DNA from: Calditrichaceae bacterium
GTDB lineage: Bacteria; Calditrichota; Calditrichia; Calditrichales; JBFXGD01
Length of the DNA stretch: 64,000 nt
NCBI GenBank assembly: GCA_050173015.1
Contig: JBFXLE010000001.1
Location: forward strand, 128,001 to 192,000
Direction of reading: 5' to 3'
A model generated the notes under the pieces. It saw only the letters and a list, made by a program, of their open reading frames with translations. It was not told where the DNA came from and did no database searches. Each line of letters begins with the position of its first letter. The stretch's first letter is position 1. Positions 21,435-32,036 of this stretch are shown piece after piece. The position numbers and the translations under genes were made by a program.

Positions 21435-23819
21435 TTAAAAGTTTATTTCATAGCGCGTACTAAGAATCGAATCGGACCAGTCAGCGTTATCCCCGTAATC
21501 TATATAATCGTATCTGAGAGATAGATTTCCATAGGTCAGATTTCTCAAAGTCAGCCCGGTGGTGTAGTTGATACGGTTGTAATTTTCATCAAGTGTGCTG
21601 CTTGATGTCGTTATATCCTGCAGTGTTATGTTCAGGAACGGCCTAAGATCGCTTTCCATGACAGCATTTATGAGATTGTAATCCAAACCAATAAATATCT
21701 TATTGATATCGGTATTGCGTTCGGTGTCATTTTTTCCAAAAATGCTGGAGGACTGTGAATAGCTGAATTGTGTAGTGAGAGGAAATGAAAATTTATTGCG
21801 GATTCCGATACTGTAAAGAGTGAATTCCGATTGATTTGATTCGGTTGCCGCGTCATCTCTTAAAAAGTTGGAGGCACTAAAGGTGGCTGTATTTTCGACG
21901 CTGCCGGTTTTGAATTTATAGCTGGATGACAGGCCGATTCGTTGGGTGGAATTGTCTTCCGGGTAGAGCAGAGAATCCGAGGTAAGCGGATTTAAATCAT
22001 TTTTCCGGGATTGGTTTCCATAGGACAGAGTGACACTTGGCAGATTCTGCATGGGAAAATAGGAAATTGCTCCTCCAACATCCGTATTACTTGTTTGCGC
22101 GTTATCCTGATCGAGATTATCATCATATGCTTTGAAATAAATATTAAGATAAACCTGATTGCTTAAAAGACGAACATTGTCATTGATAAAAATCCCGCGG
22201 ATGCCTTTTAATAAATACGGATTTCCGGGAGTTGTGTAGTCAGGATCGATGCTCTTATATGTAAGCTTCAGGTTGTGTCTGAAATAATTAAGGCGCGTTT
22301 CGAACTGCATGGCGACACTCGGAATTGGAGCGAGGCCCTGACTGATCGTTAAAAAGCCTGTTTTTTCCATAAAATTCACAAATGATTCCGCCAGGTCTTT
22401 TTCTGAGCCGGTCAGATCATATCTGTCTGCCAGTGTATCAAAATCCACTTCGGTAGAGGCGTCGTTGTTTATGATGCTGGCATGAACACTGCCTATGAAT
22501 TGAATTCTGTGACCGTCAAAATCAAGGTTCAGGGTACTTCCCAGAGCTAACGCTTCGCGCGGATTCGCTCCATATTTAATGGAATTAGGATCATCTTTAC
22601 CATTAACCAGATCCAATCCCCAGCTCACGTGAGAGCCAAATTTAAACTCCGGTCTGATGCTGAAAAAGGATTGCTCATAACTTCCATACTGGGAGATCCT
22701 GTTTTCATCTGAATTATAGACACCTTCAACCGCCCTTGCTGTCTGTCCAACACTTATATCAAGGTTAAAGTACTTCAGGTTCACACCCATGCCTAACCCG
22801 AGAACTCTCCGGTCCCAGAAAGCAAGCGGATCATAGTAGGCGGTAAAATCCCCCCCCTTTAAATAAATATTGGAATTTTCCCAAAAATTATAGCGCAGGC
22901 GGATTCCAAACCGGTTTTCAGCCTGGCTGTTATAGCTCTCTTCCGAGCTCATCAGACCCGATGCGCCAATATCAAATGCGTTGTAACTCCCGTTAAAATC
23001 AAATCCACCCCGGAAAAAATTATCGGAAGATTCAGAAATATTCTGGTAACGGTTGTCGATAAAAATATTTGTGCGTGAGGTGAAACCGGTTTGCCCGGTG
23101 ATTGTTTCGTTAATTTTAAATGACCAGTTTTTTTGCGCGAGAAGATTACCGTTTTGATCATACACTTTAAATTCGGCGTCATGTGGTCCGGAACGGATTG
23201 ATTTTGGAAGAAAAGTGTATAAATTTTCCTCTCTTATCAATAAAGTTGATACATTAATCCCGTCAATTAACAGGCGCGTACGGGTAAAATCCACAAGATC
23301 GGGATCGAACGGGATCGACACGGCAATCATAAATTCATCTTCGCTGACCGCTTCAAAAGGCTCCGGGCTAAGCAAAAGAAGTTCATAGGGGGTAGAAGCC
23401 GGACCCGTCTGCTGTACCTCCTGCGGAGCAATCTCCATACGGAACGGATTGACATCAGGAGTATACTCAGGGAGGGACAGGACCTCACCTGACGCATCTT
23501 CAAACGCAAAATAGTATTCCACGGCACCGGAATGAATTTTCTCCGTTGGGAGATCGGCATAGAGGCTAAATCCGTCATTTTTAAGTTTGACAGAGCTAAA
23601 TTCATGTTCTCCCTGGCCTCTGTAAAGCAGAGTAGCATTATAGAGGCGCTCCTGCCGGTCAAGTATTCTTATCTCCAGATGCGCGATTTCGCCGTTGATG
23701 ACAGGATCCGGAACATCGTGAGAGAGCTGCCTGGAAAGCGATCCGGCCGAAACGATCTGAAAGAAAAATACGATGAATACGAATATTAAAAGATTCTTCA
23801 TGATAATCTCCTGACGCAA
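21435..23819 (-). CDS. exported protein, predicted outer-membrane beta-barrel with N-terminal Ig-like domains
   Basis: Signal peptide (MKNLLIFVF..., likely start 23801), alternating beta-strand patterns, C-terminal RYEINF signature. Confidence 0.6.
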   Translation of the reverse strand: MRQEIIMKNLLIFVFIVFFFQIVSAGSLSRQLSHDVPDPVINGEIAHLEIRILDRQERLYNATLLYRGQGEHEFSSVKLKNDGFSLYADLPTEKIHSGAVEYYFAFEDASGEVLSLPEYTPDVNPFRMEIAPQEVQQTGPASTPYELLLLSPEPFEAVSEDEFMIAVSIPFDPDLVDFTRTRLLIDGINVSTLLIREENLYTFLPKSIRSGPHDAEFKVYDQNGNLLAQKNWSFKINETITGQTGFTSRTNIFIDNRYQNISESSDNFFRGGFDFNGSYNAFDIGASGLMSSEESYNSQAENRFGIRLRYNFWENSNIYLKGGDFTAYYDPLAFWDRRVLGLGMGVNLKYFNLDISVGQTARAVEGVYNSDENRISQYGSYEQSFFSIRPEFKFGSHVSWGLDLVNGKDDPNSIKYGANPREALALGSTLNLDFDGHRIQFIGSVHASIINNDASTEVDFDTLADRYDLTGSEKDLAESFVNFMEKTGFLTISQGLAPIPSVAMQFETRLNYFRHNLKLTYKSIDPDYTTPGNPYLLKGIRGIFINDNVRLLSNQVYLNIYFKAYDDNLDQDNAQTSNTDVGGAISYFPMQNLPSVTLSYGNQSRKNDLNPLTSDSLLYPEDNSTQRIGLSSSYKFKTGSVENTATFSASNFLRDDAATESNQSEFTLYSIGIRNKFSFPLTTQFSYSQSSSIFGKNDTERNTDINKIFIGLDYNLINAVMESDLRPFLNITLQDITTSSSTLDENYNRINYTTGLTLRNLTYGNLSLRYDYIDYGDNADWSDSILSTRYEINF

Positions 23820-23827
23820 GGAATTGA

Positions 23828-24511
23828 CTACTTAATTTTCTTCGCCTTGAATTTCAATGTTTTTCTTTGTCCCTGTTCATTTTGAAATTCAAATTCAAAT
23901 TCATCGATTGATTCTTCATCATCATCGAGCTGCGGTTTTTCGCCCGGCTTTGTTTTACGTACGATCGGTTTGGCGTTCAGCGAGCTGACATAACCTGTTT
24001 CACCTTCTCTCAACAAGGCCGAACCTTTTTCATTGCTCAGTTCAACAACACCGTCTTCTCCGAAATAAAAAGTCCCCCCCTTAAATTCCTGAACCGTCCA
24101 AAAAATGGTGCCCTTCACAGAGGCGACGGATGTTGGAGTGGATACCCGGTATGATGCTTTTTGACTGGTTATTTTTGAAAATATAGTACCAACTTCGACA
24201 AAAATATTTTTTGCGATTCCCGCGTCTTCTTTGGTTGTATTGATAACGCATGTAGAGTTAGGGCGAATTCGCACGAGACTGGCGTCATCAATAAATTTGA
24301 TTGCTATGTAGCCATCTTTTCCCGTGACAACCTGGTCGCCGGATTCAAGACGGTAGCCGCGTTTAATCTTAGAATCTATTTTCGAGTCAGCTGTTTTTAC
24401 ACTGATACTGCCCTTTGACTTTATAACAACGGCAACAGGATTGGCTGAAAATGACAGGCCAACCGCAAGCAAAAGGATGATAGAAATAAAATTGATTTTT
24501 AAGTTCTTCAT
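23828..24511 (-). CDS. FecR-domain protein
   Basis: Signal peptide, GDQVVTGKDG, IKFIDDASLVRI, VSTPTSVASVKGT. Confidence 0.85.
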   Translation of the reverse strand: MKNLKINFISIILLLAVGLSFSANPVAVVIKSKGSISVKTADSKIDSKIKRGYRLESGDQVVTGKDGYIAIKFIDDASLVRIRPNSTCVINTTKEDAGIAKNIFVEVGTIFSKITSQKASYRVSTPTSVASVKGTIFWTVQEFKGGTFYFGEDGVVELSNEKGSALLREGETGYVSSLNAKPIVRKTKPGEKPQLDDDEESIDEFEFEFQNEQGQRKTLKFKAKKIK

Positions 24512-24521
24512 ATCCAGCCCC

Positions 24522-25625
24522 TTAGTTACTGCTTTGTAAAATTAAATCAAGAATTTCTACTTTTTGGCCTTTGTATTTATTTATAAGCTCATAGAGCTCC
24601 TGAGAAGTAATTTCCTGACCGTTTATCCGGACTGATTTTAAATAGTACTCCAGCAGACTTTTTGATATTTCATCCGCCTTTTCAGCGCCGACAAAATCCG
24701 CGAGCAGTTCTTCAATATCGCCTTTAATCAAAAAGTCCTGCATATTGGACATATTTGAAGGATCCATAAGTTTGAATTGCCAGACTTCACTGAACAGCGC
24801 GTCTTCACCGGCTGATGTGGGGATAAACGATCTTACAAGCCAGTAATATGTTTTGCCAAACTCCAGTGGAAGAGCGCCAATGGCGGGATATTGAACAGAA
24901 AGGGAAGATATTCTTTCCGACGCCCAGCTCGGCGTCATGTTCAATATGTCGTCAATTGTCTGAAGGCCCCGTCTTTTCTCAAAAACGAGTACCTGGTAAT
25001 CACCGCTTGTGCCGATCCATTGGAATAACGGAAATTCCATATAAATTTCTTCCGGGCTGCCGTATCCGATCAAATTACCGGGTGTGACAAGCTGAACTAA
25101 TGATGGATTAGTGATGCTAAAAAAGATTTTATCATCATGGAAATTTCCGGTCGGAGTGAATATATCGATACGCAAATTGTAGTTACCAACCGGCAGCCGG
25201 CCGGAGGAGAGCAAATCTCTTTGCAAATCATTCCCCGCTTCCTTTACACCGCTCTCATAAAATCGGACAGGAGACTGCCCGTTAAAATCAAATTGATTAT
25301 TGATAAGTACGATGTTATCTGTGGAGTAAGGCCCCCCCGCAGGAATCGTAAAATCACGCGATTTTGCCAGGAAAAGAGGATCAGAATCACGTGTGATCCT
25401 GATTTCCATTCTGCTGTTTGGGATTGCGGGTCCGGAATTTATAATGTCAACTTCAAATAATCTCTTGCCCTTGCCGGTCTGCATAAGGTCAAGATCAGAC
25501 AAGTAGACAGTTTTGTAGACATCCGTATCAAGCAAACGGATATTCAAATTAACCTGAGCTTCAGAAAAGGAAAAACTAAGCAGAATAATAGCTGCCACAA
25601 AGCTCTTCAGAATAGAATTCTTCAT
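24522..25625 (-). CDS. exported hypothetical protein
   Basis: Signal peptide ending SEA-Q; beta-rich; FPLFQW and PLEFGKTYYWLV motifs. Confidence 0.6.
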   Translation of the reverse strand: MKNSILKSFVAAIILLSFSFSEAQVNLNIRLLDTDVYKTVYLSDLDLMQTGKGKRLFEVDIINSGPAIPNSRMEIRITRDSDPLFLAKSRDFTIPAGGPYSTDNIVLINNQFDFNGQSPVRFYESGVKEAGNDLQRDLLSSGRLPVGNYNLRIDIFTPTGNFHDDKIFFSITNPSLVQLVTPGNLIGYGSPEEIYMEFPLFQWIGTSGDYQVLVFEKRRGLQTIDDILNMTPSWASERISSLSVQYPAIGALPLEFGKTYYWLVRSFIPTSAGEDALFSEVWQFKLMDPSNMSNMQDFLIKGDIEELLADFVGAEKADEISKSLLEYYLKSVRINGQEITSQELYELINKYKGQKVEILDLILQSSN

Positions 25626-25860
25626 ATTTCGATCCTCCCGAATCTATGTATGAAAGGAAATATATGTTTATAAAAGATTTGGTTCATGATTAAAGTCACA
25701 TGTAATTGTATTAAAAAAAGAACTGCAAACTGTAAAAGGTTACAGCTATTTACATTTTAAATCAATCAAAGAAAAAAATATTTTCTTACATACTCTAAAA
25801 TGCATCAACCTGAATCTTGGTGGAATTATTAAATCGGAGTTCTGAATTTCCGGTTACCTA

Positions 25861-26682
25861 TTATAATCCGGAAAATATTTCTTCAACAATACCGGCAACC
25901 AGGGCCAGAAATTTCTCTTTTACACGGTTGGCGGTGATGGTCACTTCTTCGTGTGAAAGTTTTTCAGCGCTTATGCCGGTGGCAAAATTGGTGATACAGG
26001 AAATACCAATGACTTTAATTCCTGCCTGGGCAGATACGATAACTTCAGGTACAGTTGACATGCTTGCCGCGTCACCGCCGAATTTTTGAATCATTTTCAC
26101 TTCTGCCGCTGTTTCGTAAGTCGGTCCGGTGGATGTCCACAGTACACCTCGTTTGAGAGCGATATGATTTTCCAGGGCAATCCGGTCAACCAGATCGAAA
26201 TATTCGGTGGCATAGGCGTTGGACATTTCGGGGAATCGGGGGCCTCCATATTCAGCCGGTCCGGTGAGCGGAGACTGGAACATAAAATTAACCTGATCGG
26301 TGATCAGCATCAGGTCGCCCGGCACAAATCGTGGATTCACTGTGCCCGCGGCGTTTGTCACTAAGAGTACCTTGATCCCGAATGCCTGCATGATGCGGAC
26401 CACGAATGTCACTTCATCCTGAGTGTATCCTTCATAATAATGCGTGCGCCCCTGAACCGCCAGCAGTTCAACCCCCTGATGACTTCCAAATACAAGATAG
26501 CCTTCATGGCCGGCGACAGTTGATGTCGGATAATGAGGAATCTTGCTTGTGGGGATCTTTACTTTGTTTTCGAGCGTATCGGCGTAAGCCCCGAGACCGC
26601 TTCCAAGTATAACCCCTGCTTTTGGTTTCATTGATGTATAAGATAAAATAAATTTTTGCGCTTCTTTAATTTTCAAGTTCAT
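25861..26682 (-). CDS. punA: purine-nucleoside phosphorylase (PunA/XapA type)
   Basis: ILGSGLG, QGRTHYYEG, TNAAG, GPTYETAAE, MSTVPE. Confidence 0.92.
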   Translation of the reverse strand: MNLKIKEAQKFILSYTSMKPKAGVILGSGLGAYADTLENKVKIPTSKIPHYPTSTVAGHEGYLVFGSHQGVELLAVQGRTHYYEGYTQDEVTFVVRIMQAFGIKVLLVTNAAGTVNPRFVPGDLMLITDQVNFMFQSPLTGPAEYGGPRFPEMSNAYATEYFDLVDRIALENHIALKRGVLWTSTGPTYETAAEVKMIQKFGGDAASMSTVPEVIVSAQAGIKVIGISCITNFATGISAEKLSHEEVTITANRVKEKFLALVAGIVEEIFSGL

Positions 26683-27224
26683 TTTGTTTCACTTTCGAAA
26701 TATGACTTTATGAATACCTTAACATATAATATAAATGAATATATGATGCCCGCTGCAGCGAGAATACTGGCGAATTCAAAAAGCTGTTTCTGTCCGAGAA
26801 TAAATAACAATATGGCGATAGCGATGATATTTACGGTTATTTTCCCGGGCATGTTGGATGGTTCTACCACGCTTTTTTTATTCAGAATAAACAGAGATCC
26901 GATCAATATAAGAACATCCCGCCCTACAATAACAATTAGAAACCATAATGGCAGATCCTGATACAAATAGAGCGCTATAACCCCTCCGCCAATTGCAATT
27001 TTATCGGCGACAGGATCAAGGATCTTTCCTAATTCCGTGATCTGATTAAGTTTTCTGGCAAAATATCCGTCAAGAAAATCGGTCAGCATTGCCAACAAAG
27101 TAACCAGCAACAAAATCAGGTTCTGTTTTTCTTTAATCAGATAAAAAAACGGAAATATGACAAATATTCTGCTAAAACTCAAACAATTTGATAACGTAAA
27201 TATTTTTTGTTTTTTCAATTCCAT
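26679..27224 (-). CDS. CDP-alcohol phosphatidyltransferase (PgsA-like)
   Basis: TDFLDGYFARKLNQITELGKILDPVADK. Confidence 0.9.
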   Translation of the reverse strand: MELKKQKIFTLSNCLSFSRIFVIFPFFYLIKEKQNLILLLVTLLAMLTDFLDGYFARKLNQITELGKILDPVADKIAIGGGVIALYLYQDLPLWFLIVIVGRDVLILIGSLFILNKKSVVEPSNMPGKITVNIIAIAILLFILGQKQLFEFASILAAAGIIYSFILYVKVFIKSYFESETK

Positions 27225-28930
27225 TCCACTAAAAAGGGCATAATAGCTAATGGCTGATTCTGAATTTTTCCTAAATGTTCCAATAAATATTCAATCTGCC
27301 CCATATAAGATCTGTTTTTTACGGAGATCACGTCAAAGAGCTGATAGAACAAAGATTTTTCTTTGGGGTAATAAACCAGTCGCACAGATTCATCTTCCGG
27401 GATACCGCTCATTTTTTTCGCGGCATCGATGGCGGTGTAAAACGACCCGGTTGTATCAATTAATCCGTTTTTGTATGCCTGGGAGCCCGTCCAAACGTGA
27501 CCCTGGGCAAGTGATTCAGTCTTTTCATAGGGAATACCGCGGGCAGTAGAAACCATTCCGACAAAGTCAGTATAAAAACTATTAATTAATTTATATACAA
27601 TGGCTCTTTCTGATTCGCTCCATGGTTTCATTATGGAGAAAAGCCCCGCGTTTTTTCCGCGTCTTAGGTGCTCGATATTAAGATCCAGTTTTTTGTATAA
27701 TCCGGTGACATTGAATTTCCCCGCATAGATCCCTATGGAGCCGACGAGACTCGCGGGATTTGCGATAACGGTATCGGCGCCCATCGCTATATAGAAGCCG
27801 CCCGATGCTCCGTAATCCGAAATAGACGCGATAACCGGCTTTTTCTCCGACGCTTTTACTATGGCGGACCAGATGATCTCTGAAGCGGTAGCGGAACCTC
27901 CGGGACTGTCAATTCTCAGTATAATCGCTTTTACACTTCCGGCAGCCGCGGCTTTTTCAAGTTCGCTAACAATGGTTGATGATCCCATCACTTTTCCGAA
28001 AACAGGATCATCCCCGTCCCCTCCGCTTGCGATTGTGCCCGAGCAATTGATGACCGCAATTTTCGATTTGTTTCTGATTTTCAGTGAACTGGCCGGAACA
28101 GACGCATAGCGCGTCGCTGAAATCTTTGTAGGATTCTTGACCCCGGTTTTTAATTTATCCCGCACTTCTGAGTAAAAAGCGGTTCCGTCAATTAAGCCAA
28201 TCTGCAGGGCTTCCTTACCGGTAAAGCCGGATGTCTCATTCATCAGCTTATAAACATCCCCGGTGGAGATGGATCTTTTTAAAGAAATGGTTTGAATGAT
28301 GTCTTCGAAATATTCATCTAGTATGGCTCCAAGAACCTCCCTCTGATCCGGAGACATTGTGCTTCTTGTATAGGGATCAGGCGCGTTCTTGTATTTACCT
28401 ATTTGGATAAATTCTGCCTCAATGCCAAACTTATTAAAAAGTCCTTTATAAAACATGATTTCAGAGTTAAGCCCCGTAATGAATAAATTTCCTGAGGGGG
28501 GCATGAATATGGAATCACAGGCGGTAGCCAGATAATATTCTTTTGTCATGGGTGTTTCAAGATAGGCGAATATTTTTTTCCCGCTTTTTTTATATTCATC
28601 GATCAGGATGTGCAGTTCCTGCAGCTTTGCGTATCCGGTCTGAAGAAAATTGATCTGAAGAATTACCCCATTAATGCGGTCATCGACCGCGGCCTTTTCA
28701 AGGTCCTCACGAATTTTTTTCATATCAAGAGAAGACCGCCCGAAAAAATCTTCCAGCGGATCAGGCGGCACATATTCAGGTAAATCTCCCGAAATTTGAA
28801 TATGCAGATACGAATTAGTAGCCACCGCGGGCTCAGAATCCAGAAGTGAATTCAATAGGAAAACGACCGCGATAATAAAAATGATAAATACAGAAAGTAT
28901 TACCGCAAGCCATTTTAAAAATGTCTTCAT
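27215..28930 (-). CDS. sppA: signal peptide peptidase SppA (long form)
   Basis: GKYKNAPD, LRIDSPGGS, GASGGFYIA, GSIGI. Confidence 0.92.
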   Translation of the reverse strand: MKTFLKWLAVILSVFIIFIIAVVFLLNSLLDSEPAVATNSYLHIQISGDLPEYVPPDPLEDFFGRSSLDMKKIREDLEKAAVDDRINGVILQINFLQTGYAKLQELHILIDEYKKSGKKIFAYLETPMTKEYYLATACDSIFMPPSGNLFITGLNSEIMFYKGLFNKFGIEAEFIQIGKYKNAPDPYTRSTMSPDQREVLGAILDEYFEDIIQTISLKRSISTGDVYKLMNETSGFTGKEALQIGLIDGTAFYSEVRDKLKTGVKNPTKISATRYASVPASSLKIRNKSKIAVINCSGTIASGGDGDDPVFGKVMGSSTIVSELEKAAAAGSVKAIILRIDSPGGSATASEIIWSAIVKASEKKPVIASISDYGASGGFYIAMGADTVIANPASLVGSIGIYAGKFNVTGLYKKLDLNIEHLRRGKNAGLFSIMKPWSESERAIVYKLINSFYTDFVGMVSTARGIPYEKTESLAQGHVWTGSQAYKNGLIDTTGSFYTAIDAAKKMSGIPEDESVRLVYYPKEKSLFYQLFDVISVKNRSYMGQIEYLLEHLGKIQNQPLAIMPFLVEWN

Positions 28931-28947
28931 AAATAATGCCTGTTATA

Positions 28948-30261
28948 TTATAAAGTGATCAGGAATCCGGCAATAGTAGCCGTCATAAAAGTTGCCAAAG
29001 ATCCGCCGAGAACGGCCAATAGCCCGTATTTAGCGAGATCACTTCTTCTTGTCGGCGCGATACCGCCGATGCCGCCGATTTGAATGGCGATAGATGAAAA
29101 GTTCGCGAATCCACAAAGGGCGTAAGTTGATATAATGACCGCCTTTTCACTTAAAACTCCGGTTGGTATCAATTGAGATAGATTTAAGTAGGCGATAAAT
29201 TCATTTAATACGACCTTCTGCCCGATCAAAGAACCGACATTTACAGCATCAGCCCATGGCACGCCAATTACCCAGGCAATGGGGCTGAGCACATAACCCA
29301 GGATAATTTCCAATGAGACCGGAGCGCCGGAGGCGGTTGTCAGTCCGAACATACCGGTTAAAACACCTTCCAGGATCCAGTTAATCATGGCGATGAGAGC
29401 TATAAAAGCCAAAAGCATTCCGGCGACGTTGAGCGCTAATTTCAGACCGTCGGCCGCTCCTGTTGCCGCGGCTTCAATGACGTTGGAGGAGGTCTTTTCA
29501 ATTTCAACCTTCACCTGGCCCATGGTAAGAGATTTCTCTCTTTCAGGGACAAGAATTTTAGCGATCACTATTGTCGCGGGCGCCGCCATAATACTGGCGG
29601 AGAGCAGATGTTTCGCGTAATATAGTTGCTGCGCGGGATCAGCGCCGCCCAAAAGGCCCACATAAGCCGCCAGCACGCCGCCGGCGATCGTAGCCATGCC
29701 CCCGATCATGAGTGTAAGAAGTTCGGATTTCGTCATTGTTTCAACATAGGGCCGAACGACCAGAGGGGCTTCGGTTTGACCGATGAAGACATTCGCTGCG
29801 ACCGAAATTGACTCCGAGCCGCTGATACTTAAAAGTTTAGCCATTACCCAGGCCATTCCCTGGACGATTTTTTGCATGATACCCAGATGGTACAAAACGG
29901 ACATTAGAGACGAGAAAAAGATTATTGTCGGCAAAACCTGGAACGCAAAAATGAACCCGACTCCTGTAGCTTTTAAAGGATCGGGAAAGGCTTCACTGAA
30001 AAGTCCCTGATCGGCCAGCGCGCCAAATACGAATGCAGAGCCCTCACCGGTAAATGAAATAATTTTTACAAAGAAGTTACCGATATAGTTAAAGAAGCTG
30101 GCTCCCCAAGGCGTTAGAATAACGAAAATCGCGAAAACAATCTGCATCGCGAGGCCTATTCCCACCTGTTTCCAGTTGATTTTCTTTTTATTATTCGAGA
30201 AAAGAAACGCTATACCGACTAATGATATTAAACCAAACACAGCAAATAAGAAATCGTTCAT
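28948..30261 (-). CDS. nupC: concentrative nucleoside transporter (NupC/CNT)
   Basis: VLPTIIFFS, FIGQTEAP, NEFIAY, CGFANFSSI. Confidence 0.93.
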   Translation of the reverse strand: MNDFLFAVFGLISLVGIAFLFSNNKKKINWKQVGIGLAMQIVFAIFVILTPWGASFFNYIGNFFVKIISFTGEGSAFVFGALADQGLFSEAFPDPLKATGVGFIFAFQVLPTIIFFSSLMSVLYHLGIMQKIVQGMAWVMAKLLSISGSESISVAANVFIGQTEAPLVVRPYVETMTKSELLTLMIGGMATIAGGVLAAYVGLLGGADPAQQLYYAKHLLSASIMAAPATIVIAKILVPEREKSLTMGQVKVEIEKTSSNVIEAAATGAADGLKLALNVAGMLLAFIALIAMINWILEGVLTGMFGLTTASGAPVSLEIILGYVLSPIAWVIGVPWADAVNVGSLIGQKVVLNEFIAYLNLSQLIPTGVLSEKAVIISTYALCGFANFSSIAIQIGGIGGIAPTRRSDLAKYGLLAVLGGSLATFMTATIAGFLITL

Positions 30262-30845
30262 TCTGATTTATTCTCCTTCTCTTCATCCGCAGGCGGAACA
30301 AAGCAATTTCGGCATCGGGCTTCATAGATATCCGTCGCTCCAACAAGAATTCTGTCTGTGTCACCCGATTTTCTGTAAGTATGATTAGCGGGATTTCCGC
30401 AAATTGTGCATATGGCATGTGTTTTTGTGATGTATTCGGCAATGGCCAGCAGTTGTGGTATGGATCCAAAAGGTATTCCCCTGTAATCCTGATCCAGGCC
30501 GGCTACAATGACTCTCTTACCCATATTTGCCAGAGTTTGGCAAATTTTAACGATGGATTCATCAAAAAATTGAGCTTCATCGATACCCACGACCTGAGCT
30601 TCAAGAGCAAAAGTCAGAATTTCTTCCGGCTTTTGTATGGTTCTTGACTGAATTTTCTGAAAATCATGGGATACAATTTGTTCCTTACTGTACCGGTCAT
30701 CAATCTTAGGCTTGAATATCTCAACTTTTTGTCTGGCGATTGTCGCCCGTCGAAGCCGACGGATAAGTTCTTCTGTTTTTCCGCTGAACATGCTTCCGCA
30801 GATGACTTCGATCCAACCCGTGTGCTGTTTCACTACATGCATCAT
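30258..30845 (-). CDS. tdk: thymidine kinase
   Basis: GSMFSGKTEEL, IDEAQF, YEARCR. Confidence 0.96.
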   Translation of the reverse strand: MMHVVKQHTGWIEVICGSMFSGKTEELIRRLRRATIARQKVEIFKPKIDDRYSKEQIVSHDFQKIQSRTIQKPEEILTFALEAQVVGIDEAQFFDESIVKICQTLANMGKRVIVAGLDQDYRGIPFGSIPQLLAIAEYITKTHAICTICGNPANHTYRKSGDTDRILVGATDIYEARCRNCFVPPADEEKENKSE

Positions 30846-30871
30846 AATTTGAAATGTATCCTATTGTTTAT

Positions 30872-31498
30872 TCAGTTTCTGGTTCTTAGAAGCGATTCGA
30901 TTTTTGTAGTCAGTAAATCAATGGCGACTAAATTTTTTCCTCCGCGGGGGATGATAATATGGGCATGGCGTTTCGAAGGCTCAACAAATTGGAAATACAT
31001 CGGTCTTACGGTTTCTGTATATTGCGTAATAACCGATTCAACTGATCGGCCCCTTTCGTTGATATCTCTCCGCAGCCTCCTGATAAAACAGATATCCGGA
31101 TCGGTATCGATAAAGACCATGATATCCATCAAATCCCGAAGGCCGGGTTCGCTCAATATTAAAATGCCTTCCAAAATTACTATCGCGTGAGGCCCCACTC
31201 TCTTTGTTTCCTCAAGACGGCTGTGAGTCTTATAGTCATAGAGCGGATGTTCTATTGAATCACCATTCAGCAATTGTTTGATATGTTTTTGCAAAAGGGG
31301 GTGATCAAAGGAATCGGGATGATCAAAGTTCCTGCCGGTTCGGTCATCGAACGGGATATCTGAAAGATCATGATAGTATGAGTCTTCCTGAATCATCAGA
31401 ACTTTTTCTGAACCCAGTTTCTCAATGATCGTATTTGCGACAAGTGTTTTTCCTGAGCCGGATGCGCCGGCAATGCCAATAAGTATATTTTTGTTCAT
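30872..31498 (-). CDS. udk: uridine kinase
   Basis: GIAGASGSGKT, NFDHPDSFD, RRLRRDINERGR. Confidence 0.95.
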   Translation of the reverse strand: MNKNILIGIAGASGSGKTLVANTIIEKLGSEKVLMIQEDSYYHDLSDIPFDDRTGRNFDHPDSFDHPLLQKHIKQLLNGDSIEHPLYDYKTHSRLEETKRVGPHAIVILEGILILSEPGLRDLMDIMVFIDTDPDICFIRRLRRDINERGRSVESVITQYTETVRPMYFQFVEPSKRHAHIIIPRGGKNLVAIDLLTTKIESLLRTRN

Positions 31499-31899
31499 TT
31501 TTGGCTCAATTGTGATTCTTCAAACGCATATGGAAGTAATTCTCTTAATTTTAGAATCTTTTGATTTTTTCCATCAGTTAAAATTACATCAATTTCAGGA
31601 GCGTAATCATACAATAATTGTCTGCAGGCTCCGCACGGAGAGCAGAACTTACCGTCAATGGCGGTGATTGCAATTGCTCTGAATTTGGTAACTCCCTGGG
31701 AAAGAGCTTTTGTCAGAGCGACTCTTTCGGCGCAAATGGTCAGGCTGTAGGAACTGCTCTCGATGTTACATCCTGAAAAGATCTGGCCATCTTCATCCAG
31801 AAGAGCGGCGCCAACCCGGAAGTTGGAATATTTTGCCTGAGAATATTTGCGGGCGTTTTTCGCCGCGTCAATCAATTTACCGGCATCGTATTTAGGCAT
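31495..31899 (-). CDS. cdd: cytidine deaminase
   Basis: YSNFRVGAA, ICAER, PCGACRQ. Confidence 0.95.
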   Translation of the reverse strand: MPKYDAGKLIDAAKNARKYSQAKYSNFRVGAALLDEDGQIFSGCNIESSSYSLTICAERVALTKALSQGVTKFRAIAITAIDGKFCSPCGACRQLLYDYAPEIDVILTDGKNQKILKLRELLPYAFEESQLSQK

Positions 31900-32036
31900 G
31901 GCAAATCCATTTTTTTGTATTAAAGTAATATAAGTTAAGATTTTTTAGGGGCGAATACAAAAGGATATTCATAAAGAAGGCACCTCCTATGCCCATTAAA
32001 CCTTTTGTTGCAAGAGTGATAAATTAATTTCTGGTT

